Notes under the pieces: model-generated
Database searches by the model: none
Told to the model about the DNA's origin: nothing
The model's input: the letters and a program-made list of their open reading frames with translations, nothing else
Program-made: the position numbers and the translations under genes
Shown: positions 54,597 through 64,000 of the stretch, in pieces
Layout: every line of letters starts with the position of its first letter
Position numbering within the stretch: the first letter of the stretch is position 1
Assembly: GCA_951406725.2 (NCBI GenBank)
Contig: OX597814.1
Location: forward strand, 54,560,001-54,624,000
Direction of reading: 5' to 3'
Length of the DNA: 64,000 bases
From: Octopus vulgaris
Lineage: Eukaryota

Positions 54597-55375
54597 CGTG
54601 GTCTGATCAATAAGTATCAGGACTGTTGTCATAGTGATGATGCTAAAGCACGTAGAGTAAAGCTGCTTGGAAGGACCGTATGTAGCGTGTGATCGTTGTA
54701 TTGACCATGACAAAGGAAGTTGAGCAGAGAATCTGCATCAAATTTTGCCAAAATCTTGGGAATACCTGCTCAGAGGTCAACGCAGAGCTTTCAAAAGGTT
54801 TTCATCGTTCTCGACACAATTAAGGAGATCTTGTGCAACTGAAACCCGAGTGTCCTTTTGGTCAGCTGAAAGCAGATTTGGCACAAACTTAGCAGACACG
54901 CGTCTCATACCCAAATATTCAGTGATAATGGACTGATCTGAACCGTAACTAATCTGCACATCCTCTGATACCTTACGGATGGTAATTTGACAATTTTCCC
55001 TCACAGCAGCACGCACATGCTTTTCTCAATTCTGCTGGTTACAGGTCTCCCAGAACGTTCGTGAATATGGATATTTTTTCAGCCATCATAGAAACATCTG
55101 AACCACTCGCATATTTGTTTGCGGTTCATACATTCCTCTCTATTTACTTTATGTAACTTTGCGGAGGCCTCTTAGCAGGTATCGCCATGGCAACTTTCTC
55201 TGTCATGATCAATCCTTCCAAGCACTGCTGTAAACAATGGAAAGGAGTTAGAACATTAAAACTTACTGCGCATAGACAGCAGAGTTTAAGATTAATTTAT
55301 GCCAAGCGGCTTTACTCCGCGTGCTTTAGTTTCGTTACTATGGCAACAGTCCGGATACTTATTGATCAGACCGCG
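54597..55375. mobile_element. Mariner-derived element with long inverted ends and transposase N-terminal remnants on both strands
   Basis: TA|CGTGGTCTGATCAATAAGTATC...GATACTTATTGATCAGACCGCG|TA. Plus strand MTKEVEQRICIKFCQNLGNTCSE; minus strand VRENCQITIRKVSEDVQISYGS...LGMRRVSAKFVPNLLSADQK (HTH plus WVPHEL-like linker). Confidence 0.88.
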
Positions 55376-55914
55376 TATTATTGAGCATATTTATATATCT
55401 GAAGTTAAAAAAACATTTATATATCATATATTGTTGATATACCAGATGTTTTGTACGGTAAGCTGATGATGTCTAAGATATCAGATGTAAATTTCAAGCA
55501 ATCCATACATACTTAAAAAATGTTAATGAATTTCGGTCATAATTTCCGACATGAATTTATAATGGTACGATGAATTAAATCCCATGATAATTAATTTAAC
55601 GTGTAAATGAAATCAACGTGACTCTGTGTAAAAAGAATGGGCTGGACCTTTGATTTACGGGCACAATTTATCCATTCAGATTCTAAACTGCTTCCGTTTA
55701 TTCAATTTAATTCACAAGGTATGGGTTGATCTGAGACTATATAAAATGATATTGCATAGGATGCCACGCAGTCGGATCGAACACAAACTTTGTGACTGCG
55801 AAACGTATTTTCAATCATTCAGCCATATTATGCCTACAGTACATACAGATATTTACATAAAAATGTATACATATATATAATAGAAAGAGAGAGACAGAGA
55901 AAAACAAAACTCAG

Positions 55915-56602
55915 CAGTCAGAAGATTTCTCAACATGGGGATACTTCATAAAGATATACATAAATATAAATATGTAGATAGAATATAAAATATAAAACAT
56001 AAATATACTGCATAATGTTGCAGAAAGTGATTGGAAGAGGAGTGCATGAGCCGCACACAAGTGTACGAATGGTTTAGACGTTTCCAAACTGGCCGAAATA
56101 TGTCCATATTGACGGTATATCGTATGAAATTGTATGTCCGTGTTTGGAATCAATGAGATAACTATTATACATGTACGGTCAATATTGCATTAATCCAAAT
56201 TATCAAATAGATGAAAGGGTGGTTCAAAATTATTTAAAGAAGAATCCATAGATATATCTAGTGAAAGTTCAAATTCCTACAGCCGTTTCATATGGAAATG
56301 GTTCGCCCATTTCATACCACATGTTCTTGAAACGGCCGTAATAATTTGAACTTTTACTAGATTTATCTATGAATTCCTCTTTAAATCATTTTCAACCACT
56401 CTTTCATCTAGATGATAATTTGGATTAATGCAATATTGACCGTGCATATATAATAGCTTTCTTATTGATTCCAAACACGGACGTACAATTTTATATGATT
56501 GTCATTCGAGTATATTTATGTTTTATATTTTATATTGTATCTACATATTTATATTTACATATATTTTTATGAAGTATTCCGATGTTGTGAAATCTACTGA
56601 CG
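55915..56602. repeat. Long imperfect inverted repeat (foldback element)
   Basis: Arms at about 55915-56290 and 56328-56602, e.g. CGGTCAATATTGCATTAATCCAAATTATC / GATAATTTGGATTAATGCAATATTGACCG. The left arm carries about 110 extra bp. Confidence 0.9.
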
Positions 56603-56722
56603 AAATGTATTCTGACTCCTGAAATTTGTTCTCTTTTTATCAATCTTTATATTTCATGTTGCTCTATTAATTAGAGCGCTAAGTTATTGTTCTGTACAGG
56701 GAGTTGTTTTCCTTTCTATCTG

Positions 56723-56776
<54 letters not shown>

Positions 56777-56880
56777 TATACATATAAATACATATATATA
56801 TATATACATATATAGACATATATATATACATACATGCACACACACACACGTATATATATGAAGTTAAACAAAATAATGAT

Positions 56881-57020
56881 AAAGCATTTAATACGTACGT
56901 CTCAGATCTTGTGTAATATATATATAGTAGGTAATACATCCCCTTACGCAAAATCTTCTGCAGTTAATATATTCCTATCATATATTACGCAAGGTCTGAA
57001 ACGTACGTATTAAATGCTTT
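56881..57020. repeat. Short inverted-repeat (hairpin) element
   Basis: AAAGCATTTAATACGTACGTCTCAGATCTTGTGTAATATA / TATATTACGCAAGGTCTGAAACGTACGTATTAAATGCTTT. Confidence 0.85.
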
Positions 57021-57085
57021 AAAAAATATCAATAATTGGTTTGAATGCATTATTACAAGTTATGTGACTTGGTGTAAACACAAAC

Positions 57086-57169
57086 TAGTCTGTCCTGACT
57101 CCTCTAATGAGGATTCGGAGTAGTTTGCTAGTTGGGTCGTGTTGAAAATTCTGGTACTGTGCATTGCGT
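57086..57169 (-). CDS. Candidate linker exon of the CAP gene
   Basis: GTGTTTTCCTTAG| ... A|GTTTGT; 84 nt, phase 1-1, open (AMHSTRIFNTTQLANYSESSLEESGQT); no family motif supports it. Confidence 0.35.
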
Positions 57170-57192
57170 CTAAGGAAAACACGAAATTGTAC

Positions 57193-57308
<116 letters not shown>

Positions 57309-57842
57309 GAAGTGTCCTTACTTTTGTAAGTCGCTAAGTTGTGATCTGAAGGAGATTTGTCGGCTATTAATAATATATAAACAGATGACGTAGAGCCTCA
57401 TTCGATGGCTCAATAATCATTACCGTAATGAAAGCAGATGAGCTGCCGCCGCTTTCTGTTTTACAGTTTCAGGATCACTTTAGTCTTTTCGTTTCTCGAA
57501 AGCCTGCTAATATATTGTACCGTTGTCTGATACCATATAGCTAAACAGTAACCGCTTTTCTTTATTGTGATCTACATGCACTTCAATTTGTCCGCGCTCA
57601 ATAGAAATGTTCCGCAACGTAATGTTTAAGTAGGTCATAGTGTACGTAGCTTTGATACTTCTTCCGTAACGATAGATATTTAGCAGAAAATGATCGATCC
57701 AAGGTGGATAAAAAAGATCTCCCTTGTGAATGAAAAAGCGCCTACCAATTACTTACTCGATTAGATCGGTGGTCCTTCGTAAAGTTTTCAATATCAGAAT
57801 ACCCGGTAGACTATTAATGAGTGCAACATGTTCATCTCCAGT

Positions 57843-57937
<95 letters not shown>

Positions 57938-59061
57938 CACACACACAAACGCACACATACATGTATACATAAAAGTTGCGTTTGTGTGTGTCTGTATATA
58001 TGCGTTCATATGTGTTAAAGTGTATATTTCAAGGCACACTCACACACACACACATAAACACACACACACACACACCTCCCTATATTTACATAGGTGAAAA
58101 ATAAATATTTTGTAATATTCTTAAATTGGATATTTGAATATGAGAACAATGCTTCCCATATTTTTCAAATTAACAACTATTGTTGAACTTTGCAATTGCG
58201 ATTTGACATTCACTTTACAAAAGGTTTTAATATAATCTAAATATAATTGAATCAGTGATAACAAAATATTTTAAAATTTGTTATTAATTGGCTTATAAAT
58301 TATATTGATCACGCAAGGAAATGTTTTGTGTTATTGGTATTGATTACATGTACTATTTAAAACATAGCATATAGAAGAGAATGTAGATGTCGAAGACAGG
58401 CAAAATTCTATTGCTCACTAGATTTAATTTTAGACATCGTTAGGGATAGATACGAAGGTAGATTAATCGGCTATTAAATTCATTTATGTAGTACCTTCCC
58501 TTGCGCAGTGACATTCGATAAAATAAATAAATACCTCTACGAGTAGTCTCTGTTGCATTACAGGGATACTAATTCTCGAGAATGACTCCCTAAAATATGT
58601 CAAGCAAATACCTGCTTGTTATTCATTTATTAGCACAATTTAAAGCGCAAATCCCTCCAGATGTTCACGCCTAAAACTTGAATGAAAAATAGACCAGTGT
58701 GACTTTACGTGAAAGCGTCCGGAAGTAGAAATTTCTCGTGACCGGTTTGTTTTGATATAATATTTGTGCGAAAAAGATTAGAGAAGTTGTAATGATATTT
58801 TAGGACAATAGATTTTGACATGAAGATGTCATGAGTTTAATTTAGAAATCTTTCTTTTAAATGTAATTGATGAAAGAAAAGTCAAAAGAAAAAATGCTGC
58901 AAAAAGAAAACATCAGTTTCAGAGTAAATCTGAAAATATATCGATAACATTATATGGTGAGTATACAATCTGCACCAGACTTTTTCCAGAACAGTTTCTG
59001 GAAGATAAGGGAAATAAACATGTATGAATTACAGCAGGTAATATCAGTATAAGTGCTGCGA

Positions 59062-59178
<117 letters not shown>

Positions 59179-59425
59179 TATATATATATGTATACACACA
59201 CATACACACATATATATGTATATATACACGCACATATACAAATATACAATATTTATACGCACGAAGCAACATAAGCACGGAAAAGAACTCAAAATAAAAG
59301 TTTAACTTCATAATGATCTTACATTAAATTATGTTTACACTTCGTTTAATGTAATTTTAAATGGTGGCTTCCATAATGGTTGGTATATATATATATATAT
59401 TTTTTTTTTTTGTACTTTCAGTCAT

Positions 59426-59546
<121 letters not shown>

Positions 59547-59702
59547 ATATATAAATATATATAAATATAAATATATATATATTTATATATATAATACACG
59601 CATATTCATATACACCTATGTATACATAATTATATACATACTCAAACCTATACATGCACACACACACACACGTATACACATGTACACTCACACATATACA
59701 AA

Positions 59703-59749
<47 letters not shown>

Positions 59750-59821
59750 GTGTGTATAAAGTATTATTACAAGCGAATGATAATTTATTTTATGATGAAT
59801 TATGTGAGTAACTATACTTAC

Positions 59822-59913
59822 TTAAACATAGGTCGTTAACACATTTTGTGTCCTCTGGACATTTTGAGCAAGGTTTACCAGGTTCATATATTTTCTTCGT
59901 GTCTTCAGGTAAT
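59822..59913 (-). CDS. CAP/SCP gene exon encoding the Cys-rich hinge that follows a CAP domain
   Basis: TTTCTTGTCTAG| ... A|GTAAGT; 92 nt, phase 2-1; LPEDTKKIYEPGKPCSKCPEDTKCVNDLCL matches Y-x-x-G-x-P-C-x-x-C-P...C...LC of CRISP/GLIPR/venom-allergen proteins. Confidence 0.88.
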
Positions 59914-60544
59914 CTAGACAAGAAAGCAAGAAAGCGAAACAAATATTTTACATCTTGTGAAAAGTTGGCTTTACAAGACATGTAGTGGTGTGTAGAAACA
60001 TTTAACATTATTCATATAAACAACGACATAAAATGCTCTCTAGATTTATCTTTGTTCACAGTGGTCCATGATTTTATTTTTGTGTTAGTATTTTTCTTTC
60101 CCGATATTTTTCCTAAATTTTCTCAACATTAAAAGGAAATTCCAGCAATAACTTATGTAAAGGCATAACTAATACAGTAGCCAAACATCATCGTATTTGT
60201 CGAGTTCTTCTTTATCATTTGATATATTTTCTGCTCTCTTCATTTGGTTATTCGATGCAGTATGTCTAACGATTAATTTATCATTCTCTATAAACAGAAT
60301 CTATATTTCTTCCTCCCTATCTTTCAGTCTTTTTTTTCTTACATTCAGTAACAGTATGTATCGTTTCTCTCTTTCCTCGCACTCATCAGTCGTCTCTCTA
60401 TTTTGTAGCAATATTTCTTACTTTATGTAGATACTCATTGCATTTTCTCTTCTCATATCTCTAAAGGTTGTTTTTTTTTTTACTTGTATGGAACACAAAT
60501 CACGCGGACATTACACATATAGATGTCTAATGCAAAGACGTACT

Positions 60545-60812
60545 TACGCACAAGAACATACTGGCTTCTGCTCCCGGAGCTGACTGATCCCATATCTCCA
60601 CCACTGAGGAACTCCTGACCCATTCGTCATTCCTCCACTCGCGACCCTTGTTGTGTCCAAACCAGGCTTCACTTTAAGCACTGTACCTAGTTCTTTCCTC
60701 CCAGAATGTTAGCCTTCTGTAATCTCCTCCCGACTCCGCTTATGTCCCTCCTTTAAACGGCTTCAAGTTGAACATTAGCAGAGTGCTAGCAAAGGTCCTT
60801 CAAGTCCACTAA
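60545..60812 (+). mobile_element. Decayed LINE ORF2 extreme C-terminus
   Basis: PELTDPISPPLRNS*PIRHSSTRDPCCV...FFPPRMLAFCNLLP...GFKLNISR follows the ELxxxxPP...TR.S..HP...SFFPRT..LWNxLP...FK pattern. Confidence 0.6.
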
Positions 60813-60835
60813 GTAATGTATATATATATATATGC

Positions 60836-60942
60836 AAATAAATAACAAGGATGTCCAGGTATCAATGCATTACGGCCGTTTCAGGCGGCTCCATTTAATC
60901 GGGCGTAATGTATTGATACCTAGAAATCCTTGTTACTTATTT
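60836..60942. repeat. Short inverted-repeat (hairpin) element between (TA)n runs
   Basis: AAATAAATAACAAGGATGTCCAGGTATCAATGCATTACG / CGTAATGTATTGATACCTAGAAATCCTTGTTACTTATTT. Confidence 0.85.
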
Positions 60943-61109
60943 TCATTTTGTTCACCTAACTTCTAGCTACACGGACTTTACCGAACTGGCTTGGTACCGC
61001 AATTTAAGTACCTAATTCAGCTGAATCTTAATTATATATATATATATATATATATATGGGGGTGGGCGTGTGTGTGTATCACAAAAGGATCAAAGGTTTT
61101 CCCTGTGTT

Positions 61110-61330
61110 ATAGAGTCATAAGCAAGGCTTCCCGGATACTGTGGTGTATATGCTCCAGCCCAATCTCTGGACGGGACACCAGTCCGTCACAGGATTACGC
61201 ATTTTTGCCAGGTGAATGGACTGAAGCAACGTGAAATGGAGTGTTTTGCTCAAGAAAACAACACATCACGCGGTCCACGAATCGGATCCACAATCTTACG
61301 TTCATTAGTGTATCATCCTAACCACTAAGG
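61110..61330 (-). mobile_element. tRNA-derived SINE family C (degraded)
   Basis: CTGGACGGGAC.CC.GTC.GTC.CAGGATTAC..ATTTTTGCCAG...TTTTGCTCAAGAA, homologous to 22850-23070. Confidence 0.75.
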
Positions 61331-64000
61331 CACACACACGCACACACGCCACACAGAGGCACACACGCACATACATTTCCGGTGTTGGATACTGTGCTAG
61401 ATTTTTGCTGCTCTTACTGTAAAAGGCTTACAAAATGCTTCAAATGCATAGATACCACAGTGAGCAGAAGAAAAAAACTGAATCGATTTGAAAATGTTCC
61501 GGTCTTGTTTGATCTCTATCATAAAAAGAATATACACCTGAGCACGGAAAGTAGCTTATAGATATATTAGGGTATTCAAACCCAGACAAAGGCAGAGTGA
61601 CCTATTTAGTTTGCTTAACAGTCCATACACTGACAATGTCAGTTAATTAATTCATTGAGCACCTTGATGGACGGACAAAAATAAAAACTGGTTTGATTCA
61701 TTTCAATTGTGGTGTAACCACCTTGTTTACTTTTCTGAGCATGGTTGAAATTGTGATTTATTAAAAGACATAGAACAAGTTGGCCCTAATATGTATACAC
61801 CAGGTAAAGAGTAACGAAACTAAGCTTTATGTAGAGTGATGATGAAAGTTTTGCATGAATAAACATTGGCCAGAGCGGTTTCCTTTTCCCTCGAGGAGAT
61901 AAAATCTGTGTCGAAACCATCTCTAATTTACATTTAACAGCAATGCTAAAATTGAATGTTAATAAAAAATGCACGCCTTGCATTTCAAATTATTAAAAAT
62001 ACTGCGTTGCACACTATTAATTAATTATTTAATCGTCATTGTTTGTGGGTGTACTTTAAAGCAAATTAGACTGTCAAGCTTGGTCCTACCCGAGTTTTAT
62101 TTGACAATGATTAGCTATAAGGTACTAATCTCCTCACGGACCGAAGATGATTTTTATTCTATGATGATGTTTTTACAAGTCTAAAAATGTAAGGACAAAA
62201 AGCAGTATTAAAATATATATCAATTTATCTCAGACATGAAACTCCATTTCAATTGTTATTTCAGTCTCATAATTAGAGGAAAGAATTGTGTACACAGAAC
62301 AAGCAACCTCTTGAACACCGCTTTGTGCTATTTCATATTATTGCGGTCTGTGGTGTTAAGGTTGTTGTTATTGTCCAACCGTTGTTGGTGTTCAGCAATT
62401 GAATCTTCTGGACTTCAAACATAGACATAGCTATATACACACAACTTGTGTCTATGTGAATAGAGTACACTACAGGTTTAAAAAGTGGGAACTTAATATA
62501 TTTCTCAATACATCTTCTAGTATATGTATATATAATAGTTACGGAGTGCTCAATACTCTGAAGTTGAGCTAGTTGATATTTTAACATTAATATTCCTACT
62601 TCCCTGTGTATTTTGTGGATATATCCTTGAATGTGTATTAGATTATATTATTTTAGTACTACTTTAGAAAATCGGCCCAAATTTCAAACAGAGGAAATAA
62701 TGATGATGTATCAGTGGTGATGTCAGTCGAAGTACGGTAACGTCGATCCCAACTGAATAACAATATTTTCCAAGTAAAACAAAGTGATCAATATATAAAC
62801 CATTGAAAAAGAATCTCAGTTTAGAGATATTGGATCAATAAACGAAAAAGAAATCGTCTTCAGCATAATATAATTGAGCGACATCAGACAATCTTCAAAT
62901 AATCAATATAGATATTAACCGAATAACAATTCAGTGAAACGGGAGAGAAAGCAAACTCGACTAGTAGAGACAGAATAGGCGACGAAATTGACTAATGCAA
63001 AGTAACAATACGAAAATAATCAAAATAACATCACTATCAATGAAATATCAGATAGAAACGAATGACAAATAAAAGAAATAAAGTATAACAACGATATTAA
63101 ATATTAGATACAAACGCCCCTCAAACTGGCCCATGGAAAACAACAACACGACGACATTCAAAAGCGTACTAACAAAATGATATATAGCAGTCACCTAGTG
63201 AAAGCAATTACCAATAGACATAAGTACAAGCCAGCTTGAATGTACATAAAACACACACACACACATGCACACACATACACGCACAAACACACACACGCGC
63301 GCGCGCACACACACGCACAAATAAACAAATCCCCAAGCAAAACAAAACAGTTATACGAAAGATTGTAGTGATATGAAACTCATGATTCAAGAACACCACC
63401 GAAATGTCGTTACTTATGTCATGAATCACACTCACTGAAGTCTTTACTAAATATTTTGCCATGTTAGAACATGCTCTCTCTAGAACACTCACACTGTCTA
63501 TATTGTTCCACACTTCACCACTATTTGGCGGGTGTTTTAACTGAAAGCTAACGATATTAACCTCCTCCATATCTTTCTATGTCCTAGTCTATGAGAACTT
63601 GGAAAACATAAGGTCACTTTACCATTTGCTTCAAATTAAATGATGAAAGAATGAATTAAATTACATCATATAAATGTCAGACGTACAATGACCAGACGTT
63701 TGTGATCTTATTTAAGAAAACCGTATATTTACTTCCAACTTTAACCTTCTTATAAGAATTTAAACTAATTTAGTTCTTCAACCGTCTTATACCAAGAACA
63801 AACAATGCTTCATCTGTTAAGTCAATTCCTAAATGAATAAGTAATCTTTTTTCCATGTACACTATGAAGAATCTTCAAGGATTAGGAATTCAAAGTGAAA
63901 GTGGTTAAGATTATGATGATGATGATGTTGACTCTATGATTGCTTATGGTATAAAGAAAAAAATCGTAAATATTTGCATGGCTAAACATAATGTTTCATT

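Noticed and set aside
63434-63540. Possible upstream CAP exon LKHPPNSGEVWNNIDSVSVLERACSNMAKYLVKTS (minus strand, AG/GT bounded)
   Set aside because: No clear CAP motif, and its phase-0 end cannot join the phase-2 hinge exon directly; left unannotated.

Overview
AT-rich, repeat-dense eukaryotic DNA, very probably from an octopus or related coleoid cephalopod. That assignment is inferred from the tRNA-derived SINE families and the microsatellite load. Two host genes are supported, both on the minus strand. (1) The first coding exon of a sesquipedalian/PHETA (FAM109/IPIP27) PH-domain gene lies at 1219-1671 and splices off the left edge. (2) A multi-exon CAP/SCP-superfamily gene, almost invisible in the ORF track, was reconstructed by hand from GT-AG-bounded, phase-compatible exons at 59822-59913, 49305-49415, 48659-48738, 48333-48458, 41531-41644 and 39358-39441. 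It appears to encode the Cys-rich hinge of one CAP domain, a basic linker with a furin-type RLRR site, and a second, divergent CAP domain. The rest is mostly transposon debris: RTE, CR1/L2-like and RLE-type LINE fragments, a Penelope-like RT+GIY-YIG element, a Ty3/Gypsy gag remnant split by a Helitron-like insert, mariner/Tigger elements and MITEs, three SINE families, foldback hairpin elements and many microsatellites. Most ORFs in the supplied track are artefacts of simple repeats. No databases were searched; family calls rest on motif recognition.
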